Shown: piece by piece, positions 46,714-55,912 of the stretch | How positions within the stretch are numbered: position 1 is the first letter of the stretch | Layout: each line of letters opens with the position of its first letter | NCBI GenBank assembly: GCA_038890615.1 | Contig: JAWAFI010000001.1 | Coordinates: 494,629 to 558,628, forward strand | Reading direction: 5' to 3' | DNA length: 64,000 nt | DNA from: Candidatus Anstonellales archaeon | GTDB taxonomy: Archaea > Micrarchaeota > Micrarchaeia > Anstonellales > J096 | Program-made: the position numbers and the translations under genes | The notes under the pieces: generated by a model | The model's input: only the letters and a program-made list of their open reading frames with translations | What the model was told of the DNA's origin: nothing | Databases searched by the model: none

Positions 46714-48148
46714 AAGAAGGGCTGAAAGGCTCATTGAGATTGCAAAGGTAAGGGGGTTGTTTTTCCCCAGCAATGAGGTTTACTCTGGGTTTGCGGGCTT
46801 CTTTGACTATGGTCCTGCTGGCTTCCTAATAAAAGACAGGATCATTGCAAAGTGGAGGGAGCTTTTCATCAGGGCCCATTCTTTCCACTTGGTGGAAACC
46901 TCTGTATTGCACCCTCGCGATGTTGTTGACGCTTCTGGGCATTTAAGCCATTTCACAGACCCTATTGCCGCCTGCAAGAAGTGCGGAAAGAAGGCAAGGG
47001 CTGACCACCTGCTTCAGGAGCAGGGGATCACCACTTCTTTAGCAGAAGGGGTTAAGGTTGCAAGATGCCCGTGGTGCGGCTCGCAGGGTTTTGAGCTTAA
47101 GGAGTTCAATCTGATGCTTACTACTGGTGTGGGAGGAGATTATGACCAAGGTTTTATGAGGCCTGAGACTGCGCAGGGAATATTCATAGATTTCATAACG
47201 CTCTTCAAGATGAGGAGGAAGCTGCCGCTTGGGATTGGGCAATATGGCAAGGTGTACAGGAATGAGATTTCCCCAAGGAATTCCCTTGCAAGGATAAGGG
47301 AATTTTCGCAGATGGAGCTTGAGTATTTTTTTGACCCCCAGAACCCAATAATAGAGCAGTGCCATGACCTTTCGAATGTAAAGATGCGCTTTGTGTTTGC
47401 AGATGGGAGCGCAGCAGAGGTCACGATGGCTGATTTAGAAAAAAAGGGCTACACAGAGATAATGGCCTACTTCCTTGCATTGCAATGGCTTTTTTACAAG
47501 GAGATAGGCATTGATGAGAAAAGGATGCGCCTAAGGGAGCTTACAGCTGATGAAAGAGCTCACTACTCCTCAAAGAGTGTTGACATGGAGGTTGAGACCT
47601 CCTTTGGAGTTCTTGAGACAATAAGCAATGCTGACAGGTCTGATTTTGACCTTTCTTCCCATCAAAAGAAGAGCGGCAAGAGCTTTGAGGTCACTGATGA
47701 GAAAGGGAGGGCATTTATCCCGCATGTTTTTGAGGTTTCTATAGGTGTTGACAGGACGTTGTTGGCAGTGCTTGACCATTCCTTTGTTGAGAAATCAGAG
47801 AAGAAGGAATGGGATTGGTTTAATCTCCCGCCTGCTATTGCGCCTTACCAGTGCGCTGTATATCCTCTCATGAAAAAAGATGGTTTGGCAGAGAAGGCAA
47901 AGGGCATAGCGCTTGGGTTGAGCAAAACAATGGATGTTGTTTATGATGAGGCAGGGAGCATAGGCAAGAGGTATGCAAGGGCTGATGAGATAGGGATACC
48001 TTATGCGCTTACAATAGATTACCAAACCCTTGAGGATGACACTATAACTATAAGGTTCAGGAATGACGGGACACAGATAAGGATAAGAGCAAGCGACGCA
48101 GGAGCCAAGATAGCTGACCTACTTAAGCAGGGAAAGGTTAGCGCCTAG
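46703..48148 (+). CDS. glyS: Glycine--tRNA ligase (alpha2 type)
   Basis: FDYGP, RPETAQGIF, RNEISPR, REFSQME, GSIGKRYARADEIG. Confidence 0.97.
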   Translation: MNNERRAERLIEIAKVRGLFFPSNEVYSGFAGFFDYGPAGFLIKDRIIAKWRELFIRAHSFHLVETSVLHPRDVVDASGHLSHFTDPIAACKKCGKKARADHLLQEQGITTSLAEGVKVARCPWCGSQGFELKEFNLMLTTGVGGDYDQGFMRPETAQGIFIDFITLFKMRRKLPLGIGQYGKVYRNEISPRNSLARIREFSQMELEYFFDPQNPIIEQCHDLSNVKMRFVFADGSAAEVTMADLEKKGYTEIMAYFLALQWLFYKEIGIDEKRMRLRELTADERAHYSSKSVDMEVETSFGVLETISNADRSDFDLSSHQKKSGKSFEVTDEKGRAFIPHVFEVSIGVDRTLLAVLDHSFVEKSEKKEWDWFNLPPAIAPYQCAVYPLMKKDGLAEKAKGIALGLSKTMDVVYDEAGSIGKRYARADEIGIPYALTIDYQTLEDDTITIRFRNDGTQIRIRASDAGAKIADLLKQGKVSA

Positions 48149-48527
48149 AGAAAATCTCCTCAACTTCCTTGAGCTGATTCTTTGACGGCTTTATTGCAAG
48201 GTTTGTCATTCCTTTTTCCTTGCCAACAATGTACATTGTCTCCAGCTCTATTCCTCTATTTGCTATCTTCCTTGCAACCTTTGCAAGCTCACCAGGCCTG
48301 TCTTGGAGAGAAAGCACAATGACCTCTGCATCCTCTACTGTTACAGGCATATTTTTCAGCGCTTTCTTTGAAGTCTCAATATCAGCAGTCAGAAGCCTAA
48401 GGTATGCATTGTTTCCTATTGCATATGTGCTTATTGAATCAATATTTATCCCGCTGCTCCCCAAAGCTTCTGCAACCCGAGCCATCACCTCTACACTATT
48501 TTCCCCCTTCACAGTCAGCTCTTTCAT
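48138..48527 (-). CDS. Tandem ACT-domain protein
   Basis: GINIDSI, DRPGELAKVA. Confidence 0.88.
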   Translation of the reverse strand: MKELTVKGENSVEVMARVAEALGSSGINIDSISTYAIGNNAYLRLLTADIETSKKALKNMPVTVEDAEVIVLSLQDRPGELAKVARKIANRGIELETMYIVGKEKGMTNLAIKPSKNQLKEVEEIFSRR

Positions 48528-49463
48528 GCGCTTCAGCATGTAATTTTTTAGCTTCCTTTATTAAAAAGCTTTTTGGCGAAGCATTGTTTCTAAACAGCCA
48601 AATATTTTTCAAACAATTTTCCTGCTGTTTTTTGTCACAACTTCTCAGCGAATCCTGTAGATTTGAATTTATTACTTCCTCCGCACCTATCCCTGCTTTT
48701 TCCGTCATCTTCTTCAAAGTACTTATATCCATACTAGCAATGTATTCTCTTAACATACTGGTTAGCCCTTCATCATCTGAAATGAATTCTTGCAAAGTCT
48801 TGCCATCCTTTGTCTTCAAAAAAGGATTGGCCCCTGCCTTCATAAGTGTTTCTACAGCCTTTCGACGTCTGGACTCACGAGACCTAGCAGCCTTCATCAG
48901 CGCCGTCTCTCCATAATTATCCTGCAGATCAAGCTTAGCACCAGCCCTTATCAGCAAGTCCAAAGCATCATTATTGCCTTCATTAGCAGCCCATATCAAA
49001 GCAGTATTGTAGAATTATCCCTTGTATTAATGTCAATACCTAATGCTATAAAATTTGTAGCCTCCTCTAAATCTCCAGAATTATCTACAGATCCAATAAA
49101 CTCTTCAGCAACATCTTTCATTTCATCCCTGCTCATTAACCTAACCTTCTCCTCATTCATTCTCTTAAGCTTCCCAAACTCTTCTTCATCCTCCTTCCCT
49201 CCCTTAACCGCCCTAACAACTCTTTCTACAACCTCTTCTCTTTTAAGCCTCTTTTGGTTCTTAAGCTCGTTAAAGCCCGTAATTAATTTTTCCATCATAT
49301 ACCTAAGTTCTTCTTCCTTCCTCTCCAACACCTCTAACTTTTTATAGATATGTTTTAATATTATTTCAGTATCATTCTCATTTTTTCCTATCTTCTTCCA
49401 ACACCTTTTTACTTTCAATCAACTTACTCTTTTTTCTTCTTCATTTTCCTTCTCAACTGCCAT
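48496..49463 (-). pseudogene. Disrupted ankyrin-repeat gene
   Basis: ATG 49463 MAVEKENEEEKRVS then in-frame TGA at 49419-49421; frameshift near 49010 inside the first ankyrin repeat joins track ORFs 48996-49418 and 48496-48999. Confidence 0.8.
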
Positions 49464-49480
49464 AGATTATATTCCTAACA

Positions 49481-50782
49481 TTATTTTTTAATACTTCTAC
49501 AAAACCACTCAACCAACCTTCCAGCCCTTTTATCACAGTTCCTTAATACGATCCTTAAAGAAGCATTTATCATTTCTTCCTCCTCTTCATTAAGCCCCTT
49601 TCCTTTATCTATTTTATCTAATACACTGTTAACATCTTCTATATATTCTCTCAACATCTCTTCAATTTCTTTATCCTCATCTACTTGCAAATTCAGATAA
49701 TAAGCAGTTCTTCCAATATCATCTCTAATAAAAGGATCAGCCCCTGCCTTAATAAGGGTCTTCACTACTTCCTTATGCTTTCTAGCAACAGCCCACATTA
49801 AAGGAGTCCATCTACCATCATTATCCTGCAAATCCAAATTTGCCCCTGCCTTTATCAGCATCTCAACAATCTTCTCATGCCCGTTCTCAGCAGCATACAT
49901 CAAAGCCGTAAAACCTAAATACGAAGTAGCGTTTACATCAGCCCCTGCCTTTATCAGCATCTCAACAATCTTCTCATGCCCACTCCAAGAAGCAATCATC
50001 AACATTGTTATTCCATCACTTTTATAGTTAACATTTACTACATCAATAAGCTCGTCAATAAGCTCTGTGCACCCCCTCGCAGCGGCCCACATAAAAGCCC
50101 TCTCAAGCCCCTGGGGCTTTTCTCCCTCTTTTCTCCCTCTTTCCTTCCACTTTCTTACATCTTCTATTACTTCTTCAACCCTTTTTCTTTCTCTTTTTTC
50201 TAAAATCTTCTTAATTTTTTCATTCTTTGTACATTCATAAGCAGGTGTATGGTCTCTACATATAAAAGGATCAGCCCCTGCCTTTATCAGCATCTCAACA
50301 ATCTTCTCATGCCCGTTCTCAGCAGCCACTATCAATGCCGTCAATTCATATTTTTTATTCTGAAAATCTACATCAGCCCCTGCCTTTATCAGCACCTCAA
50401 CAACCCCCCCATGCCCCTTATCAGCAGCCATCATCAGCGCCGTCCATCCGTCATTATCCTTCACATTCACATCCGCCCCTTCCAACACCAACTTTACTAT
50501 CCTTTCTAAAGAAATCTTCTCCTTTTCCTTTCTGCATTCATTAATCAATTCCTCCCCAAGCCTCTCAGCCCTCCTCTTATCTTCCCCTTTCCTTTCCCTG
50601 TTAATCCTCCTAAGCTCCTCAAAAGCCTCTTCATCTTCTTTCCTACTCCTAACAGCCTCCAAAACCCTCCTAAATACCTCCTTATCGCTTAGCCTCCTCT
50701 CCTCTTTCATCCCTTCCCCAGCAGCCTCTTTTTTCCCTCCTTTGCTATCAAACCCCTCCTTCTCTTTATCCTTAACCTCCAT
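49481..50782 (-). CDS. Ankyrin-repeat protein
   Basis: Repeated GxTALMxAAxxGHxxIVxxLIKAGAD units. Confidence 0.95.
   Translation of the reverse strand: MEVKDKEKEGFDSKGGKKEAAGEGMKEERRLSDKEVFRRVLEAVRSRKEDEEAFEELRRINRERKGEDKRRAERLGEELINECRKEKEKISLERIVKLVLEGADVNVKDNDGWTALMMAADKGHGGVVEVLIKAGADVDFQNKKYELTALIVAAENGHEKIVEMLIKAGADPFICRDHTPAYECTKNEKIKKILEKRERKRVEEVIEDVRKWKERGRKEGEKPQGLERAFMWAAARGCTELIDELIDVVNVNYKSDGITMLMIASWSGHEKIVEMLIKAGADVNATSYLGFTALMYAAENGHEKIVEMLIKAGANLDLQDNDGRWTPLMWAVARKHKEVVKTLIKAGADPFIRDDIGRTAYYLNLQVDEDKEIEEMLREYIEDVNSVLDKIDKGKGLNEEEEEMINASLRIVLRNCDKRAGRLVEWFCRSIKK
49842..50314. repeat. Exact 41-bp intragenic repeat, three copies
   Basis: GCCCCTGCCTTTATCAGCATCTCAACAATCTTCTCATGCCC at 49842, 49941, 50274; degenerate copies at 50376 and 51121. 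Confidence 0.9.
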
Positions 50783-51577
50783 AATTTAACTTTCTTCCAA
50801 TCACTTTTTAACCCTAACTGCCCAGCAATTCCAAAATCAATCCCTTTGCTTTCTCCTTATTGCATTCCTTAAGCCCAAACCTCAGTTCAGCCTCCCTTTC
50901 CATCCTCTTCTTAACTCCTTCATCCATATTATCAACCAAGCCTTTCAAAAAACTCTTAGTTTTTTCATCTCCAGCCAAGTCCATTGCTGTTTTTCCTTCA
51001 TTATTTTTCAAAAAAAGATTTGCGCCATTTTCAATCAGCAGATTAAGAACTCCTTTTTGGTTACCATCAGCAGCCCACATCAGCGCTGTCCATCCTTTAT
51101 TGTCCTGCACATTCACATCAGCCCCTGCCTTTATCAGCATCTTTACAATCTTTTCCTGCACATCATTCCAGACAGCCTGTATCAGCGCAGTCCTTCCATA
51201 AAAATTATCCTGCAAATTCACATCCGCCCCTTCCAACACCAACTTTACTATCCTTTCTAAATTTACCATCTTTTCTGAAAAAACAAATATTATCCTTTTG
51301 CATTCATTAATCAATTCCTCCCCAAGCCTTTCAGCCCTCCTCTTATCTTCCCCTTTCCTTTCCCTGTTAATCCTCCTAAGCTCCTCAAAAGCCTCCTTAT
51401 CCTCCCTCCCACTCCTAACAGCCTCCAAAACCCTCCTAAATACCTCTTCCTCGCTTAGCCTCCTCTCCTCTTTCATCCCTTCCCCAGCAGCCTCTTTTTT
51501 CCCTCCTTTGCTACCAAACTTTTTCTTATCTTTATCCTTAACCTCCATAATTTAACTTTCCTCCAAGCACTTTTTAA
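50533..51577. repeat. About 280-bp near-identical direct repeat (50533-50811 and 51299-51577) covering promoter and 5' part of two ankyrin genes
   Basis: Visual alignment; partial third copy near 63876-63945. Confidence 0.9.
50814..51548 (-). CDS. Ankyrin-repeat protein
   Basis: GRTALIQA, GWTALMWAA, GKTAMDLA; N-terminus near-identical to 49481-50782. Confidence 0.95.
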   Translation of the reverse strand: MEVKDKDKKKFGSKGGKKEAAGEGMKEERRLSEEEVFRRVLEAVRSGREDKEAFEELRRINRERKGEDKRRAERLGEELINECKRIIFVFSEKMVNLERIVKLVLEGADVNLQDNFYGRTALIQAVWNDVQEKIVKMLIKAGADVNVQDNKGWTALMWAADGNQKGVLNLLIENGANLFLKNNEGKTAMDLAGDEKTKSFLKGLVDNMDEGVKKRMEREAELRFGLKECNKEKAKGLILELLGS

Positions 51578-51685
51578 TAATATAATATTTATTTAATTAC
51601 CAACAGCTTTGTTTTAATCTTCTAACGATTTAAGTAATTTTAAGTTGTTATAACATTAGTCATTTTCCCTTCTCACAATACAAAA

Positions 51686-51769
51686 TGCAGGGGGTGGGAT
51701 TCGAACCCACGAAGCCACTAAGGCACAGGATCTTAAGTCCTGCGCGTTAGGCCACTCCGCCACCCCTGC
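51686..51769 (-). tRNA. tRNA-Leu(TAA)
   Basis: GCAGGGG/CCCCTGC acceptor, CAGGA-CTTAAGA-TCCTG, long variable arm, GTGGG-TTCGAAT-CCCAC. Confidence 0.96.
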
Positions 51770-51775
51770 GCTTTG

Positions 51776-52288
51776 TCACTCAACTGAGATGGCCATTATG
51801 AAAGTAGAGTAGTATTTCCCATCTTTAAAATACCAGTCCTTAAGTTCAGCTATTTTGTTAAAACCAAGTGATCTGTAAAGGGATAGGGCCCTTTCATTTG
51901 CTTCTACAACACTAAGCCATATGTTCTTAGGCCTGAAAGCTTCCTTTGCCTTTGAAATGGTATATTCCAGCAGAGCTTTCCCTATTCCCTTGCCCCGGTG
52001 TTCCTTTCTAACCAATACCCCAAGCGATACATTGCGGCTTTCCCTGCCTGCCCCTTTCCTTGCCTCGCATATGCCCGCTATTTCCCCATTAAGCACTGCA
52101 ACATAAACCAAATTGTTTCCTGCAAGTATATTGTCTATCATTTTCCTGTACCATACAAGCTCCTCTTCGTAGCTGAATTCCCTGTCATAGAGTATGAAGT
52201 CGCCGCCTTTAATAGAGCTGTTGTAAAGATGGCGCAACCCCTCTATGTCGCTGATTTCTTCAAGAGGCTTTATTATTACTTCTTCCAT
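51776..52288 (-). CDS. GNAT-family N-acetyltransferase
   Basis: VRKEHRGKGIGKAL, NERALSLYRSLGF. Confidence 0.93.
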   Translation of the reverse strand: MEEVIIKPLEEISDIEGLRHLYNSSIKGGDFILYDREFSYEEELVWYRKMIDNILAGNNLVYVAVLNGEIAGICEARKGAGRESRNVSLGVLVRKEHRGKGIGKALLEYTISKAKEAFRPKNIWLSVVEANERALSLYRSLGFNKIAELKDWYFKDGKYYSTFIMAISVE

Positions 52289-52836
52289 GATGAAAACTCT
52301 TCAGAAAAGGAGTTACAGTCCTTCTTTATCTCATTAAGGGCTGCAAGCAGAAGCTTCCTAGGCTTGTGCTGGTAGAAGGTTTCAACATAGAACTTATAGC
52401 CATCTTTAGTTTTCTCATAGGTTGCAAGGCCTGGCTGGAATTTGGCATGCTCTTCCCCTTTCCCCACCCTTGCTTTCAGCTCAGCCCTTAATACCTGCCC
52501 TTCTTTCAGCCTTATTATAGGAATCTCCTTGAGTGCTGGCTCTGCATCCCCTTTTATGTCTGCGCTTGTAACAACAACAGGGCCTTGCACATCTATTGTT
52601 GAGGTCGCCTCATATTTTTCTGAAATTGGGTACCTTGTCTTGAGAGGTATAAGCCCTATGCGGTGCGAGATATACTCCTCAAACATTGAAGATGAATTCT
52701 CGTAAAATATAACTTCATCAAAAGCAAGCACCGGCACTTTTGCCATTATGTATTTCCTAAGCAGGTTCGCGAAATGCACTGGTGCATCAACAGCGAAGGA
52801 TATGCTCTTTTCATCCTCTTTTTCAATCGCGATCAT
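52276..52836 (-). CDS. rpo3: RNA polymerase subunit Rpo3 (D)
   Basis: [32 protein letters not shown]. Confidence 0.95.
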   Translation of the reverse strand: MIAIEKEDEKSISFAVDAPVHFANLLRKYIMAKVPVLAFDEVIFYENSSSMFEEYISHRIGLIPLKTRYPISEKYEATSTIDVQGPVVVTSADIKGDAEPALKEIPIIRLKEGQVLRAELKARVGKGEEHAKFQPGLATYEKTKDGYKFYVETFYQHKPRKLLLAALNEIKKDCNSFSEEFSSWKK

Positions 52837-53213
52837 ACTCTCCTTCCCCTTCTTCCTCCTTTCCTTCTCATTGAGTCAGTGGGCAATGGAGTCACATCCT
52901 CTATCCTCCTTATCTTCATCCCCATCCTTGCAATCATCCTTATTGCTGCCTGTGCTCCTGGGCCAGGGGTTTTGGCTCTGTTGCCCCCTACCCCCCTAAC
53001 CTTTATGTCAACTGCTTCTATGCCTTTTTCGCGCAGGGCCTGCACTATCTTTGAAGCCGCCTGCATTGCAGCATAAGGCCCGCCTTCCTCCCTTGCTGAT
53101 TTTACCATCATTCCCCCGCTTGACCAAGCAAGTGTTTCAGAGCCTGTCGAATCTGTTGCTGTGAGAATGGTGTCGTTCCTAGATGAATATATGTGCAATA
53201 CTGCAAACCTCAT
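52833..53213 (-). CDS. rps11: 30S ribosomal protein uS11
   Basis: [28 protein letters not shown]. Confidence 0.98.
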   Translation of the reverse strand: MRFAVLHIYSSRNDTILTATDSTGSETLAWSSGGMMVKSAREEGGPYAAMQAASKIVQALREKGIEAVDIKVRGVGGNRAKTPGPGAQAAIRMIARMGMKIRRIEDVTPLPTDSMRRKGGRRGRRV

Positions 53214-53785
53214 GCTGCCACCCCGACCTCATTTTCATCTCTTTGCCCCTCTGCTTTATTATCCTTTGGCTGCATCGGTGCTTCAGGCTTTGGCCCTTCT
53301 GGCATCTTGTAGGGCTTAAAAAGCTTTATCGAATCCTCTTGGTCTTTTCTAACCAAGTAGCCTGGGGCTGTAAGCCTCCTTCCGCCAACCTCAATAAAGC
53401 CGTGGGTTATGAGCTGCCTTGCCTGCAGAATACTCTTTGCTATGCCTTTCTTATAGACAAGCGTCTGGAGCCTCCTTTCTAAGAAATGCTCAGTGGTTAG
53501 CGAAAGCACATCATCCAAGCTCGCGTTTGGCTGGAGTATTCCCAGCCTGTTGAGCTTTCCAATTATGAGCTCCTGATTCTTCCTTTTCTTTTCTTCAGGA
53601 AGTGAAAGCGATTCTCTTGCTACTGTCCTTACTTTCCTAAGCTCTGTGGCTGCCTTCCATATCTCCGTCATGTTCTTAAGGCCATACTTTTCCTTGAGCT
53701 CGCTCTCTTTGGTTATCCTATCACTGTCCCAAATTTTTTTGGGTGCCTTGTATTTTTTCTTGAGTTTTCTTGGGTCCCCCATCAT
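53210..53785 (-). CDS. rps4: 30S ribosomal protein uS4
   Basis: [26 protein letters not shown]. Confidence 0.97.
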   Translation of the reverse strand: MMGDPRKLKKKYKAPKKIWDSDRITKESELKEKYGLKNMTEIWKAATELRKVRTVARESLSLPEEKKRKNQELIIGKLNRLGILQPNASLDDVLSLTTEHFLERRLQTLVYKKGIAKSILQARQLITHGFIEVGGRRLTAPGYLVRKDQEDSIKLFKPYKMPEGPKPEAPMQPKDNKAEGQRDENEVGVAA

Positions 53786-54444
53786 TACACCTTCTTTTCA
53801 GCTTGTTTAGCAGGAGCTGCTGAAGATCCTGATGCTGGTCCACTTGGCTTCCCAGCTGCTGCACTCTGCGCTGCCTTGATAGTTCCCTTTAGGACGCCAA
53901 CAGCCCCTCCCTTCCTTCCAGTGTTCTTAGTTCTTTGCCCCCTTACCTTCTGGCCGTGAGCATGCCTATAGCCCCTCCATGTATATTCATTTTTCTCCCT
54001 TTCAATATCCTGCCTGATTGAGAATATAAGGTCATCTCCTGTTAGGTGCTTGTCTTCTCCTGTCTCAAAATCCTTCCTCCTATTAAGCAGATATGGCGGA
54101 AGGTTGTCTCCTATTGATGCAAGCACCTTATCCACCTTCTCAACCTCTTCCTCATTCAGATAACCTACCTTCCTGTACGGATCAAGGTTAAGCTTGTTTT
54201 TGAGCACCTTTGAAAGGTAAAATGAAGTGTTGTAGCCTATCCCATAGACCTTTGAAAGCCCTTTCCACAAGGGCAACTCACCATCTACATCTACATTCCC
54301 TACGCGTATAATACCCCTGAAATCAGGGTCGTCAGCCCTCTTTTTCACAGGAGCTTTTGCATGCTTTTCTGCCTTCTCCTTTTTAGAGGCTTCTTTCTGC
54401 TCCTTTTCCTTTTGTTCTGGCTTGCTGTCTGACTTTTTTACCAT
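53785..54444 (-). CDS. rps13: 30S ribosomal protein uS13 with terminal extensions
   Basis: LNRRKD, WRGYRH, KVRGQRT. Confidence 0.97.
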   Translation of the reverse strand: MVKKSDSKPEQKEKEQKEASKKEKAEKHAKAPVKKRADDPDFRGIIRVGNVDVDGELPLWKGLSKVYGIGYNTSFYLSKVLKNKLNLDPYRKVGYLNEEEVEKVDKVLASIGDNLPPYLLNRRKDFETGEDKHLTGDDLIFSIRQDIEREKNEYTWRGYRHAHGQKVRGQRTKNTGRKGGAVGVLKGTIKAAQSAAAGKPSGPASGSSAAPAKQAEKKV

Positions 54445-54460
54445 TCAACCACCGTTAAAG

Positions 54461-54554
54461 CGCCGGGGATGGGATTTGAACCCATAAACCCTTGCGGGCA
54501 CACGCTCTCTTGCATACTCCAGGCGTGCGCACTACCAGATTATGCGACCCCGGC
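54461..54554 (-). tRNA. tRNA-Ser(GGA) with 10-nt intron (54507-54516)
   Basis: GCCGGGG/CCCCGGC acceptor, CACGC-CTGGAG[TATGCAAGAG]A-GCGTG, long variable arm; upstream of rps13. Confidence 0.92.
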
Positions 54555-54570
54555 ATTTTTAAATATTTGC

Positions 54571-54891
54571 TCACTCATTCTTCTTCTCTGGCCTTAGCTT
54601 CAGGCTGGACAGCACATCCCTAAGCTCATCCATGCCGCTCAGCTTCTCAAGGAGCTTCTTTGCCTTGCTCAAGACCCCCTGCACGCCAAGCTGCTTGTAA
54701 AGAGGGTAAAGGAGAAGCAAAAGCTCCACTACCCCCCTCTTTGTGAATCCCCTGCTCTTCCACTCATTTATGAACGACTTGGTAGCAGAATTGCTTAGGA
54801 ATTCATCCATGCTTACTTCTGAAACCTCGTCTGGCTTCTTCTGCACTTCTGCCATCTCATCGTCTCTATATGTTGGTCCTATAACCACCAA
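54571..54891 (-). CDS. Hypothetical protein
   Basis: 106-aa ORF in a co-oriented gene run. Confidence 0.6.
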   Translation of the reverse strand: MVVIGPTYRDDEMAEVQKKPDEVSEVSMDEFLSNSATKSFINEWKSRGFTKRGVVELLLLLYPLYKQLGVQGVLSKAKKLLEKLSGMDELRDVLSSLKLRPEKKNE

Positions 54892-54897
54892 AACACC

Positions 54898-55377
54898 TTA
54901 TCTCTTATATCCTATCTGCTTTAAAAAGTGTTTCCTTTCGCCTTTTTCACTCTCATTCTCTGTTCCTAAAGGAGAGCCGCCATCAGCAACACCGAGTATT
55001 GCCCTGCCATCCCCTGCTTTTGCCAATATTACAGAAAAAGGGTTTGCGGTTGCTGCATAAATAGAAGTCACCTCGCTTACTGCTTTCAGCCGGTTAAGCA
55101 CATTCACTGGGAATCCCTTTGTCAACACCACAACAAAGCTATGGCCTGCTCCTATCTTCTGCGCATATTCCACTGCAAGCTTTATGGCTTTCTCATCATT
55201 TCCATCGTATCGTATTAGCCTTGGGCCTGATGCCTCGCAAAAAGCAACCCCAAAGCTTACTGCCCCTGATTCCACAAGGGTTTCATATATGTCCTCAACG
55301 CTCTTTATGAAGTGGGTGCCCCCAACTATCACATTTGTTCCCTTCTCAGGGATTATTTTTACCTCCTCCAGCTCCAT
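54898..55377 (-). CDS. Adenosine-specific kinase / AMP-binding protein (DUF355 family)
   Basis: HFIKSVED, AFCEASG, GAGHSF, ATANP, IGYKR. Confidence 0.9.
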   Translation of the reverse strand: MELEEVKIIPEKGTNVIVGGTHFIKSVEDIYETLVESGAVSFGVAFCEASGPRLIRYDGNDEKAIKLAVEYAQKIGAGHSFVVVLTKGFPVNVLNRLKAVSEVTSIYAATANPFSVILAKAGDGRAILGVADGGSPLGTENESEKGERKHFLKQIGYKR

Positions 55378-55381
55378 TGCA

Positions 55382-55912
55382 TCACCTTATCTTCTTAAGT
55401 ATCTTGCTTGATTTCAGATAATGCGGCTTTACCTTTTTTTTAAGCATTACTATCTTCACTCCTTTAGGCTTGATGAATGGCTTCTGGTCATAACCATATA
55501 CAATCACATCAGGCTTAACGATTTTTAGCATATCAGAAGGGTTTTTCTTGCCCATTAGGGCTATGTCTACTGGCTTTAGAGCACCAACTAGCTCTGCCCT
55601 TTCTTTCTGGCTGTGGAGAGGCTCCCTTCCCTTGCCCCTTATGAATGATTCCTTTGCAATTGAAACAACCAGAACATCCCCATATTTCTTTGCCTCCTTT
55701 AGAGTAAATAGATGGCCTGCGTGTATGATGTCAAAAACACCCCCGGTAAGCACAACCTTTATCAACTTTCTAAATTCTTTCTTTAGCTTGCATGAACCCT
55801 TTCTGCAGCAGAGCATTTTCCTTTCAGTTGGGCTTAGATTGCGCAGGTCTCTTTCCTTGATGCCTTTTAAGGAGAGAATATAAAGCTTCTTCGCAATCTC
55901 TTTTTTGCTCAT
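55382..55912 (-). CDS. ribL: Cytidylyltransferase-family protein, likely FAD synthase
   Basis: GGVFDIIHAGH, KPDVIVYGYDQ, SSKI. Confidence 0.8.
   Translation of the reverse strand: MSKKEIAKKLYILSLKGIKERDLRNLSPTERKMLCCRKGSCKLKKEFRKLIKVVLTGGVFDIIHAGHLFTLKEAKKYGDVLVVSIAKESFIRGKGREPLHSQKERAELVGALKPVDIALMGKKNPSDMLKIVKPDVIVYGYDQKPFIKPKGVKIVMLKKKVKPHYLKSSKILKKIR

Noticed and set aside
49842..50420. 41-bp direct repeats as a CRISPR array
   Set aside because: Repeats are in frame within an ankyrin CDS at 99/102-bp protein periodicity; no cas genes seen
50533..51577. Near-identical repeats as DGR template/variable regions
   Set aside because: No reverse transcriptase in the window; repeats cover promoters and 5' ends of two intact genes, as in tandem duplication
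48496..51769. Integrated provirus or plasmid at tRNA-Leu (or at tRNA-Thr)
   Set aside because: No integrase, duplicated tRNA 3' end or viral genes recognised
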